Assembly (NCBI RefSeq): GCF_004010195.1
Contig: NC_057718.1
Coordinates: 39,736,579-39,800,578 of the forward strand
Length of the DNA: 64,000 nt
Direction: 5' to 3'
DNA from: Chiloscyllium plagiosum
Taxonomy: Eukaryota
The notes below the pieces were generated by a model. It ran no database searches and was not told the DNA's origin. It saw only the letters and a program-made list of their open reading frames with translations. Made by a program: the position numbers and the translations under genes. Positions 35,960 to 48,434 of this stretch are shown here, one piece after another. Position 1 is the first letter of the stretch. The number at the start of each line of letters is the position of its first letter.

Positions 35960-36478
35960 CTACCACCACACTGAAACAGCTCCTGATGAACCTAAAGGAC
36001 CCTGTACCAACAACCAGCAGAATGAACATCATATACAAAATACCCAGCAAGTACTGCAACAAACACTGCATCGGACAGACGGGCAGGAAACTAGCCACCA
36101 GGATACATGAACACCAAACGACATGACCAACTATCACTGGTATCCATACACACAGACAAAGAGGGACAACAGTTCGACTGGGACAACACATCCATCCATT
36201 CTTGGTCAGGCTAAACAGAGACACACACGGGAATTCCTAGAGGCCTGGCATTCAAGCCACAACTCCATCAATAAGCACATCGATTTGGACCCCATTTATC
36301 AGCCTCTCAAAAAAAACTGGAAATGATATCACCCACCACAACAGACCAAGACACAGAAATAGAAAGTGGGACAGAACACCAGCGTTTCACCGGAGGCTCA
36401 CTGATGATGTTACCCAGCATGGTGACGAAACATCTGAGAACAAACCTACCAGTTCAGCAAGCTAACTTACAACCTGAG
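35960..36478 (+). mobile_element. Penelope-like element (Poseidon-like) GIY-YIG and 3' end
   Basis: NIIYKIPSKYCNKHCIGQTGRKLATRIHEH; ILGQAKQRHTREFLEAWHS...IDLDPIYQPL. Confidence 0.88.
36397..36438 (+). ncRNA. Putative minimal type I hammerhead ribozyme in the PLE 3' end
   Basis: CTCA-CTGATGA-T-GTTACC-CAGCAT-GGTGAC-GAAA-CATC-TGAG: 4-bp helix I, 6-bp helix II (one G-U), AUC triplet. Confidence 0.7.
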
Positions 36479-37526
36479 TCTTATTGGACTTGAGACTCTC
36501 TTTAAATTAAGGGGTGGTAGGTATAGGACAGATGTTAGGGGTAGCTTCTTTACTCAGCGAGTCATGAGTTCATGGAATACCCTGCCAGTAGCAGTGGTGG
36601 ACTCTCCCTCTTTATGGGCATTTAAGCGGGCATTGGATAGGCATATGGAGGATAGTGGGCTAGTGTAGATTAGGTGGGCTTGGATCGGCGCAACATCGAG
36701 GGCCAAAGGGCCTGTACTGCGCTGTATTTTTCTATGTTCTTCTATGTTCTAACCAACAGGAGGACATGGCTCCACAACTATCTATCCTCAACAATGGGGC
36801 AACCATCCATCAATTCAAAAGACGATGTAAATATTTTGCTACAATCTTCAGTCAAGAATGCCAGATAGTGATTCAACTTGAGCTCCTGAGATTGCAGCAT
36901 CACAGATTCACAGCACATAACATCAAGTAATGGCTGAAGGCACTGGACCTTGCGACAGCTATTAGCCTAGACAACATCCTGGCAATAGTATTGAGGACAA
37001 GAGCTCCAGAAATGACCTTGGCCCTAATCAACCTATTCTTGTACAGCTGTAACACGGTCAGCTACCCGATCATGTGGAATAATTGCTAAGTATGCTGTTC
37101 AGCAAAAAGCAGGACAAATTAAACCTGGCAAATCAATCCTATCAGCAAAGTATTGGAAGGTGTTGTCAACACTGCTATCAAGCAACACTTGCACAGTAAT
37201 GACCTGCTCAGTGATGCCCAGTTTGGACTCCAGTTAGGTGCTGAATGCACTAATACCTTGGTACAAACATGGACAAAAGACGTTAATTCAAGAGTGAGCT
37301 GGGAGTCACTGCCCTTGACATCAAAGGTTACACTTATCGAAGTGTCTTATTAAAGACCACTAGCAAAGTCGACATCACAAGGCATCAGGGGAAATCTGGA
37401 GTCAAACCTGACACAAAGCCAAATTGTTGTGATTCTTGAACTAACACCATCTTAGAACATCGCTGTAGAAGATCCTGACAGGTTTTGTTTTGTTTTCTCT
37501 CATTAACCTGTTCAGGGATGTTATTA

Positions 37527-37620
37527 GGCAGCTGGGAGCAGGTAGGAGTGAACCCAGGCAGGTGGGAGCAGGAAGGAGTGATCCCAAGCAGGTGGGAGCA
37601 GGTAAGAGTGAACCCAGGCC
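37527..37620. repeat. 3 x 30-bp tandem repeat within a tRNA-SINE head
   Basis: Unit approximately ggcaggtgggagcaggtaggagtgaaccca, repeated three times with few mismatches. Confidence 0.85.
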
Positions 37621-37754
37621 TCCTGGCCTGGTGATAGGTACAGGTCTTCAGAATGGATTTTTAAAATGAACCTACTCAGACATGTTACAACAAATGTCTG
37701 AGGCAGGTGGGGATTTGAACTGAGGCTTCCAGTACAAAGGTAAAGACATTACCA

Positions 37755-39560
37755 CAGGAAATAGCAACAAAAGTAAGCCATTCAGTTCTTTCAGCATGCT
37801 ACGCCATTCATTAGGACCATGGCTGTTTCGACACACCTCATCCATTTTCCTGCCCTTTTGCCATAAACACAGATTCCCCTGCTGATCAGGATTCAGTGTA
37901 TCTATCTCAACCTTAAATAAACACAAGGACTCTACTTCCATTAATCTCTGCAGCAAGGAGTTCCAAAGGTTCTCAACCCTCTGTGAGAAGAAATTCCTCA
38001 TCGTTTTGGTCTTCAATAGGCATCCTTTATTCTGAGACTATGCCCTCTACCCTTGATTCTCCCCTGAAGAGGACATCCTCAGCATCTACCCCATCAAGCC
38101 CCTTAAGAATCCTATATGTTTCAATGAGATCACTTCTCATTCTTCTAAACTTAACTAGAGGCCCAACCTATTCAACCTTCGCTCAAAGGCCAGTCCCTCC
38201 ATTAGATTTATTTATTAGATTGCCTACAGTATAGAAACAGGCAGTCAGCCCAACAAGTTCACAACGACCCTCTGAAGAGTAATCCACCCAGACCCATTCC
38301 CCAACCCCATTTTTACCCCTGACTAATGCAATTTAACATGGCCAATTCACCTGACCTGCACATCTTTGGATCGTGGGAGGAAAGACGGGGAGAATGTGCA
38401 AACTCCATCACAGACAGTTACCCGAGGTGGGAATCGAACCCAGGTCCCTTGCGCTGTGAGGCAGCAGTGTTAACCACTGTGCCACCATTCCGCCCCAAGT
38501 GAATCTTCTCAGAATTGCTTCCAATGAAATAATATCTTTCTTTTAAAATAAGGGGTCAAAAATTGCTCAAAGTACTTCCACTGTGGTCTCACCAGCAACT
38601 TATACAGTTACAGTGAGACTTCCCCAATCTTATACTCCAAAAGCCTTGAATTCCATTGCCTTTCTGATTACCTACTGCACCTGTGTGCTGGTGTTCTGTG
38701 TTTCATGCACAAGTACCTCCAAGTCTCTTTATGTTGCAGCTTTCAGAAGTTTTTCTCCCTTTAAATAATACTGTGCTCTTTGAACAACTCAAATTTTCCC
38801 ATTTTATACTCCATATGTTAAGTTTTTGCCACTTCCTTAACCTCTCAGCATCTCTCTGTAAACTGTTAATATCCTACTTTTGACTTGCCTTTTGACCTAT
38901 TTTTGAGCCATCTGCAAACTGGGTTACAGAATATTCGCTTCCTTCCTCCAAGTTATTAATACATCTTGTAAACAGTTGCAGTTCCAGCACTGATCCCTGT
39001 GGAACCCCCACTGGATACAGTTCGCCAACCTGAAAAAGATGAACCCTTCATCCCCTCTCACTGTTTTTCATCCACAAGCTAATTCCCTATCCATACCAAT
39101 ACACTACCTTTAACATCATGGGCACTTATCTTAAGACTTAACCTTTTGTGAAGTACCTGATCAAACACCTTCTTGAAGTCCAAGTACTCCTCTCTCTCCA
39201 CTCTATTTGAGACTTCATCGAAAACCTCACATAAATTGGTCAGACACAATTAACCTTTCATAAAGCCATGATGACACTGCATAATTAGTTTGTGATTTTC
39301 AAAATGTGCTGCTACTATTTCCTCAATAATTTATTCCATCAGTTTTCCAACAATTGATGTTTGGCTAATTGGCCTAGTTACCAGCTTTTCGTTTCCCTCC
39401 CTTATTGAATAGGGGTGTCAAATTGGCAGTTTTCCAATCATCTGGTACTTATTCAGATTTCAAGAAATTTTAGAAAACATAACTAATGTCCAATATCTCT
39501 GTAGCTTCTTCTTTTTGGATCCTACGATAAAAGCCATAATGGCTATGGGACTTATCTGCC
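37755..39560 (-). mobile_element. Decayed CR1 LINE
   Basis: MRNFFSQRVENLWNSL in ORF 37672..38016; RT remnants further along; interrupted by a SINE. Confidence 0.8.
38203..38496 (-). mobile_element. HE1/V-SINE-type SINE
   Basis: Reverse complement of the HE1-type head (gggttcgattcc B box), V-domain with a deletion, and tail. Confidence 0.88.
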
Positions 39561-40429
39561 TTTGGCTCCATTTGTTGGTCTAATATTACCACTGTGCCAC
39601 AAGTACCCAGATCTTCGGGGTTATGTTTCAGATATAATCATCATCAACTGCTTCATTAATGAACCTTTTTCCATCATTAAGACACAAATAAGGATGCTCA
39701 CTAATGGCTGCACTACGTTCAGCATCATGTTTGACTCCTCTGAAGGACACTGAAACAGCTCATGCCAATGTGCAGCCAGTCTCACACAACACTCAGGCTT
39801 GGGTTCACAAGTGGTAAGTAACATTTGCCCAGCAATGATCATCTTCAAGACAACAGAATTTAACTCTCTTCCATTGCAGTTCAATGACTTAAATCATAAT
39901 GTATCCTCCCCTAAACATCCTGGAGTTACCATCGACCAGAAACTGAAATGGACCAGCCATATTAAACACAGTGGCTACAAAAGCAGCTCAGAAGACTGAC
40001 ATTCTAGAGCGAACAACACATCTTCTGACTCCCCATGTCCATCAAGGCATATGCTAGACATGTGATTGAGTATTCTCTACTTGCCTGGACGAATGCAACC
40101 CCAACAACACCATCCAGGACAAAGCAGTCCACTTGATTAGCATCCCATACATCAAATTAAGCATTAAACACCATCTACACCATGGCAGTGTGTACAATTT
40201 ACAAGATGCCCTGCAGCAGCTTACCTAGGCTTCTTGAACAGAAACTTCTATACCTGGAACCCATAGCTCCGAGGAAGTCAAGGACTGCACATACATGGAA
40301 AGGCTACCACAGCAAGCCCCCCTCTGAATCACACACCATTCTGGTCTCGAATCACATTGCTGGCCTTTCACTGTTATGGGATCAAATTCTGAAACTCATT
40401 TTCTAAAAGCACTGTCTATCTACACCAAG

Positions 40430-40715
40430 TTAAAAATCACACACCAGGTTATATCCCAGCAGGCTTATTTGGAAGTTTTCGGAGTGCTGCTCCTTCGTCA
40501 GGTAGGTGAGGCAGGATCATAAGACACAGAATTTATAGCACAGGATCATAGACATAGAATTTATAGCATGACACTATGATCCTGCCCCACTAGTTACCTG
40601 ACTAAGGAGCAACCCTCCGAAAATAGTGCTTCCAAATAAACTTGTTGCACTATAACCTGGTGTTATGAGATTTTTAACTTTGTCCACCCCAGTCCAACAC
40701 CGGCACCTCCTCATC
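40430..40715. mobile_element. Family-B palindromic insert (older), with an internal ~29-bp tandem duplication
   Basis: Inverted arms homologous to 26442-26642; caggatcata(a)gaca(c/t)agaatttatagca twice at about 40512-40568. Confidence 0.82.
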
Positions 40716-43699
40716 ATATTGACACCAAATGGGACAAGTGGGTCAGGGTGGCAGTTCACAACCACTATCTTGAGGGAAATGATGGATGGGCAACAAATCC
40801 TATTCTTGCCAACATGACTCACATCCCAAAAGACAATAAATGAAGTTAAGTCTTTCCTAGGTTGGGATGGGAGGTTGGAGCTGGGGGTTGAATGCAACAG
40901 GAGAAACCAAATTCCAAAGCAATGTCTCAGAATTCTGTCTCTAAAGTCAAAAAAAATGTTTTTGTAAACTGATACAAGTCACTGTAAACATGTGTTTTAC
41001 ACTTCCATTATTCGCATCTCCCAAAAATGTGTTCTAATGTACCACGGCTTCACATATTTATTCTTGGAATTGGGAATTTAGAGTTGGGGATTAAAACCAG
41101 TAACGTTATTGCTCATTTTTGCTGACTTTTCACCTCTTAAATCAGCTTTCAAATCCAGCTCAGAACTACTGGCATGAAGATCAATCACTATCCAAATGGA
41201 TGTGCACCAACAGTAGAAAACTCATATTTGCTGGCAGTTTCTTCAGACTTCACAGGATGGCTGGAGGGTGAAATGGAAATGAGTCACTCAAACTGTTGCT
41301 CTTCAGAGTTCAGGGGAAGAAAGTACTCGGTCAGATTCAAGCGTGATTTATTTTGACCCAAATGTACAAGAACCAATAGCAAGATGTTGATAATTGATGC
41401 TTAAACATAAATTTTCCATGTTCCTAGCACTGGCACCCCTCAAGATGATGAGGGCCAATTCCATCATAGCATCCATGAAAGTTATTTCAATTGTATTACT
41501 ACACTATGGTAACTATGGCTGTTTGATTTTAGGGGTCCTGATAAAGCTCATTTCCTATAAGGTTGGAAAAGTGAGTGGATCTACATGAGATAATCTTCAT
41601 GACGAAGATTAGAGGTCAGATTTTCTCAAGGGTACTGTTTGATCGATTTGTTCTGCATGTTCATTAGGTTTCCTGCTCAGTGGGGGCTGTTCAGTCTCTT
41701 TTCCCAGGAAGGGCAGGAATGAGATCTATGGTTTAAGTCTGAATTGGTGCACAGCACAATTCTGACTTCCTCCTCTTCAATGGAGAGGGTCAAGTCAATT
41801 TTCTTAAAGATGTGGCGTTCGGATATAATTTTGTTTTGGACTGAGCTTACTTTAATGACATTGTCGCATACCAGGCAGAATTGCAGGTGCCCAATGCTTG
41901 CCTGTGGTGTTGTACAATAGAATTTTGACTTAAATTCTGGTTAATAATTCATTAGGATGAGAGAATATCCTTTGGTAGGATGACACATTAACTAATTGGT
42001 GATAATACAGTTTTGGATGCAAACAAAAAGAGCTGTTTCAGCTACCGCTGAATTACATTGGCTTACACAGCAAAGTTCCATTACCCTCAGATATTCATAA
42101 GCACATTACTTATTTCTGTTTAATTATTCCAATTCCCCTGTATTTCTAAGCCCGAAAATCACATATAACACTAGGTAGTCTAAACTCAATACTATCATAA
42201 GACCTAGCAGGATTATAGATCGAAGGATATATTCTCAACAATTTCAGAGTCTGCTCAGAACAAAATATGGCTTCTACCAGTGCCCTCCTACACATAACAT
42301 TATTCCTTCCTCCTCCTCTATTGAGGAACAAAATTGTTCCTACAGAAAGGAGAGTCCTTCCCTCACAGAGTTTTCTGCCAATACCAGCTGTGTTGTCCCT
42401 CATTTACTTCACCAGCTCAATCCTTAACTCCCATTTTACCACCTTTTCCTCACCGCCCCATCTTCTCTACCTACTTCCTTTCTCCCTCTGTAAGCTTGAA
42501 AAATTTGAAACTCTCCAGTGTTTGTGAAATCAGAAGGGAGTGTGTTGTGTATAACTGATTAAATAACAAAACCATGATCTGTATATGTTTGTAAATCATT
42601 GGAGCATTACAATGTTAGAAAATGTAGCATTTCTTTTAAAATTTAAAAAAATTCAGGTATTTTTGAAAATCAGTGGGGCTGTATTAAGAACAACTTGATT
42701 ATTCTCGGAAACTGAGGGTACCTTTCTGAATCATCTCTTTATCCATGCACCACTGTCCTCTTCCCTGTTTTCACAGCTCTCTATTTTCTTCCACCAAATG
42801 TCATTCCTGGTTCCATTGTTGCTCCATCCTGTAACCCTGCTAAGTCTTATGATAGCATTGGATCTAGACTAGCCAACACCATGGGAGATTGGCATAGAAT
42901 GCACTTAATAACAAGGCAGTCATGCCCAGGGGGGTAATCAAGCAGCCTACTTCATTGTCTCAGGGAAGCCCTAATTATAAATTGTGCCAAACCAGCTTTT
43001 CCTGGTATTGGTTTGAAATCTGAAGGTAACCATAGTGATAGATTGTAAGAAAATAAATAGTGAAGAAACTGCACAACAGAAGGCGATGTCTCTGCAAAAT
43101 ACAATAAAGAGCAATTTGACTCTAACTACAGGCAAAACTGTCAGGAATAACTGGTGATATTTGATTGAATTCTCATTCCAGGTTTACATCAGTTTCTCCG
43201 TTTCAAATTCCTACAAGTTATTTTCTCAGAAAATCTGCAATCTCTTCCAGAGATTAAATATGCCAGTGATAGAGAGCTTGAGAGAAGCAAAGGGCAGACA
43301 AATAGAATAAGAAAACGTAACTCAGACTTTGCTTTACATTCTCATGATACAATGTGGTTTCAATCTGCCAATGGAGAATGGAGTGAAAAAGGCCAAGTGA
43401 AGTAGAGAAAGATGAGGAGAAGTGGAACAAGCAAGAGCAAGGGGGGATATTATGGGGTCAGGAATAGAAAAGAAAAGAGGATTGGTGTTGTTCATATTGA
43501 TTTGCATAAGGCAGGCTGTTTATATTCAGCAGCAATTGCTGGCGTGCAAGTTAGCATGAGATGGCAACCATTAAAGGTGGAAAGTACTTTCATCACTGTG
43601 ACCGACACTCCATCTAAATGTGATTGAGGCCCATCTTAAACTTCAGACAATCAAAAACAATGTCATCCCATTACACTATGGCAAAGGTAAACTTTTTCT

Positions 43700-44620
43700 T
43701 ATTGTCCATTTTGACCACACCATGCTGCTGCAATGCCTCTCTATAGGGTTCTAGTTGGGTGGGACTACACTCACCTGGTTCCACTCTTATCTAATCATAA
43801 CCAAGGAATCACTCACAATGACTTTCCGTTTTGATCTTGCACTGCTACCTCTGGTGGGGCTGAAGGATCGAAACTTGACCTCTTCCCATTTTTCATCAAT
43901 GTAAGGCCTCTCAACAAAGACATTCAAATGTACGATGCTGACAACACTCAATTCCCACCACCCACTTCTCTTGCTTCCTCTATTCTTGTTAATTTATCAG
44001 ACCGCTAATCTAACATGCAGTTCTGGATGAGCAGAAAGTTCATATAATTACACTTTGAGAAGACTAGAGCTGTTGTTTTTGGATCTCACTGCGAACGATT
44101 ACCCTAAAAATGGGCTCCATCCCACTCAGTGCCAAAATGCTGAGATTAAGCCCATGTGGTCACAGCTTTGGTGCGACCTTTAAGATCAAAGTGAGCTTCA
44201 GACCTCATATTTAGGAAATCATTATTTCCATCGCTATAACAATACCCAACTTTGCTCCTGGCTCTGCTCATTTGCTGCTGAAATTCTCATTCATGCTTTC
44301 ATTAACTCTAAACTTGATGACAAATATACTCTTGAGGTCAATAAGTGTAGCGCTGGAAAAGTTCATCAGGTCAGGCAGCATCAGAGGGGCAGGAGAGTTG
44401 ATGTTTCGGGCATAAGCCTTTCATCAAACACACTGTTGGCTGGCCTCCTACATTCTGCAAACTTGAGGTCACCAAAATTTCTGTTTTAACTTATAACAGA
44501 TCATTCTTGCCTAGTGCCTCTATCCTCATTGACTTACATTTGCTCCCAATTAAGCAGTATCTTGATTTAAAATTCACATCCTTGTTAGGCTTACATACAC
44601 TTCCATGACTTCATCCCACC
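43700..44620 (+). mobile_element. Decayed L2-like LINE with a family-A PLE-end insert at about 44335-44427 (minus)
   Basis: YDADNT / EKTRAVVFG / EILIHAFINSKLD-like remnants; insert minus strand ttgatgaaaggcttatgcccgaaacatc. Confidence 0.6.
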
Positions 44621-45359
44621 TGGGCGGAAGTTTCTGCTCTCACTGATGATAAGCTTGAAGACAAAAAGGCATTTTAGCAAAAGCGAAATACTAAAATCAA
44701 CATCAGTCTAGAGGTTACAATGTCATTTTAGAACTTACTTTACTGAACAAATCAGTAGAAACAGTTTTCTTTTTTAATAGAATGGTTTATTTTACATTAG
44801 TTCAAGCTGCTCCGCTAAGCCCGTGTCAAAATGGAGAGATTCTATTGAATATGTTGGTGTGTTAATATGCACAGCCACTAGAAGGCATATTTTCAAAGCT
44901 TCTTCACATCAAAAATATGTTGCTTTTATGAGTCATTTTTAACAACGTAAATCAGGTTCCTTTGGTAAACCCAGATTAGTAATACTCGTGTTTGGTGATG
45001 AACCCATTTTCACCTATATTAATAACATTCCATCAGGTCACTACTCTTAAATAGATCATGGAATATTTCTTAAAAATGAACAAAACACATTGGTATAGGT
45101 GACAATGGAAATGAATCTTGCCAGTCCAATTTTGAGCACAGTTCAGGTGCAATTTCTTGTCTGCACCCAAATGGAAACTCTACTCTGCATCTTTTCTCTT
45201 CAACAAAAGCTAATTTAACAGCTGTGCATTTACTACATTTTCTTTTTTTTTAGTCAAAAAGAATTGCATTGGGTATGATGACACAAATTAAAATCCTGGA
45301 CAACAGTCATAATGAATTTTATTGCGTGGCATTGCAATTTAATTGAAGGGTGGACAGCA

Positions 45360-46230
45360 CAGCATAGGAACAGGCTCCTTGCCCCATCATGGTAAAAACA
45401 ATGACTGCAGATGCTGGAAACCAGATTCTGGATCAATGGTGCTGGAAGAGCACAGCAGTTCAGGAAGCATCCGAGGAGCTTCAGCTGAAGAAGCTCCTCG
45501 GATGCTGCCTGAACTGCTGTGCTCTTCCAGCACCATTGATCCAGAATCTTTGCCCCATCATGTCTGCACCAATCATGATACCATTCTAAACTAATCCCAT
45601 CCGCCTACACGTGGTCTGTATCCCTCTATTTTTTGTCTATGTATCTGTCTAAATGCTTCTTAAATGTTATCACATCTGCTTCTCCCTCACTGGCAGAACA
45701 TGACAGGCACCTACCATCCGGTGTGTAAAAAAACCTGTCTCATACATTTCCTTTCAACTTTCCCCACTCACCTTAAACAAATGCTCTCTACTATTTGACA
45801 TTTCAACCCGAGGAAAAAGACACTGACTATCCATCCTATCCATGCCTCTCACATTTTTATATACTTCAATCACCCCTCAGCCTCTGATGCTCAAGTGAAA
45901 ACAACCCAAGTTTGTCCAATCTCCCCTCAAAGGTATTGCATTCCAATCCAAGCAACATCCTGGCAAACCTCTTTACAACCCTCTCCAAAGCCTCCACATC
46001 TTTCCTTTAGTGTGGCAACCAAAACAGCGCATAACATACCAAACGTGGGCAAACTAAAATTTTATACAGCTGCAACATGGCTTGCCAATTTTTATATTCA
46101 ATGCCCCAAGCATGCTGTATGCCTTCTTTACCACCTTACACACTTGCATTGAAAGTTCAGGGAGCTATAGACTTGCACCCCAAGATCCATCTGTATATCA
46201 AGGCTCTTAAAAGTTCTGCCATTTACTGTA
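45360..46230 (-). mobile_element. CR1 LINE 3' fragment
   Basis: Reverse-complement similarity to the CR1 ORF2 C-terminus and 3'UTR seen at 30855 and 58380. Confidence 0.8.
45392..45549. mobile_element. Near-perfect palindromic PLE-end insert
   Basis: About 60-bp arms (45423-45482 / 45490-45549), one mismatch; 13-bp TSD ttgccccatcatg at 45379-45391 and 45550-45562. Confidence 0.9.
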
Positions 46231-47407
46231 TATTTCTTTACATAACTGCCATTTCCTTACATAATTACCAACTGAAGGTTGATGCAACCCAATGCAATCA
46301 GAAGTTATAGTAATGAATTTAGTGCATATGTATCTCTAAACCACAAAGTTCAACAAACGTATTCACAGTATTTCCAAAATTAAAATACAAAACCACAAGA
46401 AATAGGAACTGGAATAGGCCATTGACCTTGAGCCAGCTCCAACCATTGAATAGGATCGTGGTTGATCCAAAATTCCTCATGTCCACTTTGCTGAATTTTC
46501 CCTGTAACCCCGATTCTCCTTCTAATCAAGAATCTCTCTCTATCTCGGCCTTAAATATAGACAAAGATGCTGCTGTCAAGCCTCTCTGTCTCAAGGAGTT
46601 CCATAAATCTCAGCCTCCAGAGAAGAAATATCTCCTCATCTCAGTCTTAAATTGGCGTCCCTTTATTCTGTGACTATGCCCTCCAGTTCGAGATTCTCCT
46701 ATGAAACATCCTTTCAGCATATTCACCTCTCCTACCTTGTCAGTGTTCTGCTGGGATAGTTTCCTCTGGGTGACTGTGGACCACTCCTCCTTCACTTCCA
46801 ACACTTCCCCACATCCCCATGGCACCTTCTCATGCTGCTGCAGAAAGTATAACATCTGACCATTTGCTTTCGTCCTCCTCACCATCCAATGCCTCAGGCA
46901 CCTTCCAGGTGAAGCAGTGACTTGTCTGCACTTGACTCAATCTAGTCTACTGCATTTGCTACTCAAAACGTAGTCACAGAACACAGATTAGGTAACCCCA
47001 CTTTGCAGAACACCTACATTCGGTCTACCAAAATGAACCCAAGCTTCTGGTTGCTTTTCACTTCAACATTACCATCAACATCTGGCCAACATCTGTGTCT
47101 TGGGCTTGCAGCAGTGCTCCACCAAAACTCAACACAAGTTAGAAGAACAGCACCTCACTTTTCACCTGGGACCCTGCAGCCTTCTGGACACTGTATTAAG
47201 TTCAATAATTTTATGGTCTGAGCACCTTTTTCCATGTCCCTACCCCAACCCCCACGCACCAGACTTTGTCATCACTTGGGCTACTAACACAACCAACCCA
47301 TTGTCAGCTAATATTAGTCCCCATTAGCAGCTATTCATTCTCTCAGTTGACCATTACCCATTCCTTTGCCTAATCAACAGCTGTTCTCTCTCTCTCTCTC
47401 TCTGGGC

Positions 47408-47516
47408 AAAGTGGGTACTGCAGATTAGAGTCAAGATTAGAGTAGTGCTGTCGATTTTCCTGCTCCTTGGATGCTGCCTGACCTGCTATGCTTTTCCAGC
47501 ACTATTCTAATCTTGG
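47408..47516. mobile_element. Family-A rearranged PLE-end insert
   Basis: Inverted segments caagattagagtagtgctg / cagcactattctaatcttg; flanked by a ctctctctct(g/c)ggc duplication. Confidence 0.75.
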
Positions 47517-47590
47517 CACTCTCTCTCTCGGCTCAATCGCCACCTACTGTTTACTCCTCCCTCACCTCCCCACCCCATCTTCAGCACTTA

Positions 47591-48434
47591 CAGAGGAACC
47601 TCAATTATCCGAATATCAATTATCTGAACATCGGATTATCCAAAGGAGATCTCAAGGTCCCGATAGAAACATTATGTTAGAGAACTGTATCATCCCTGAT
47701 TGTGTCTTTTGTTTACAGGTACAATGATTAAAAATGAACTCGGCTCACTGAAATGCAGTCGAGAACAGTCCGACAGTTCAGGCACCGTCTCCAAATGACT
47801 GACCTCCCGCCCTCACTCTCTCCCTGCACTTTCCCTGGAGTTCTACACAGTGGTGCACCCTAAACCCCTGTTGCCCAGATAATCTCTCCAACATTGTCCT
47901 GTACAGAGCAAATGTGGAACCTGTCAAAAAGTTGCCGTAAACAGTTTTGTGTGCGTGCGTGTGAGCGCGTATGTGTGTGCGTGTGAACGCGTATGTGCGC
48001 GCGCGTATGTGTGTGCCTGTGAGTGCGTATGTGCGTGTGTGCGTGTGTGTGTGCTTTTTGGAGACTTACCCCACAAAGACAGCAGCAGTCTTACTGGTAA
48101 TGTGCAGTCCGGCTGCCGGGGTGGGGGGTTTGCCCGGCCGGGTAGTGGGGACGCAGATGGGGGGTGGTCGGACTGTAGGTGAATGGGGGCTGTTGGGGGT
48201 GCAGGCAGGCAGGCAGGGTGTTGGACGGGGTTGGGGGCAGGCAGGGAGCAGGGTGGCAGCAGACATGGTTGGGGGGGCAGGGCTCACATGCGGTGTGCTG
48301 CTACCTAGTCTCCTGAATGGGGAGCAGACTTCACAGAAAACTCCAAGTCCCAGAGGAAATCAATTAACCGAATAATCAATTATCCGAATGAAGTAGTGCC
48401 CGCCCATCTCATTCAGATAATCGAGGTTCCTCTG
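47591..48434. mobile_element. Non-autonomous Tc1/mariner (Tigger/pogo-like) DNA transposon, MITE-like
   Basis: 24-bp TIRs CAGAGGAACCTC(A/G)ATTATC(C/T)GAAT, TA TSD on both sides, subterminal attatccgaa repeats, no transposase ORF. Confidence 0.9.
47948..48053. repeat. Alternating purine-pyrimidine microsatellite (GT/GC mix)
   Basis: gtgtgcgtgcgtgtgagcgcgtatgtgtgtgcgt... about 105 bp. Confidence 0.9.

Larger units (their letters stand above)
34055..36751 (+). mobile_element. Long CR1 LINE ORF2 (AP endonuclease and RT) with an internal inversion, an N gap and a nested PLE; 3' tail at 36500-36751
   Basis: YFNARSIRNK, AITE-W, GDSDHN (APE); KSPGPDGI, NYRPVSLTS, SQHGF, YMDFSKAFDKV (RT); tail (ttctatg)n. 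Confidence 0.95.

Noticed and set aside
34627..36126. 499-aa ORF that appears to fuse a CR1 RT to a GIY-YIG endonuclease (novel chimeric retroelement)
   Set aside because: The fusion reads through an N gap (35925-35959). The GIY-YIG part belongs to a separate Poseidon-like PLE, and the CR1 3' end resumes at about 36500. This is nesting plus a gap artefact.
37527..37620. CRISPR-like regular repeats
   Set aside because: Contiguous tandem units with no spacers, in vertebrate DNA with no cas genes.
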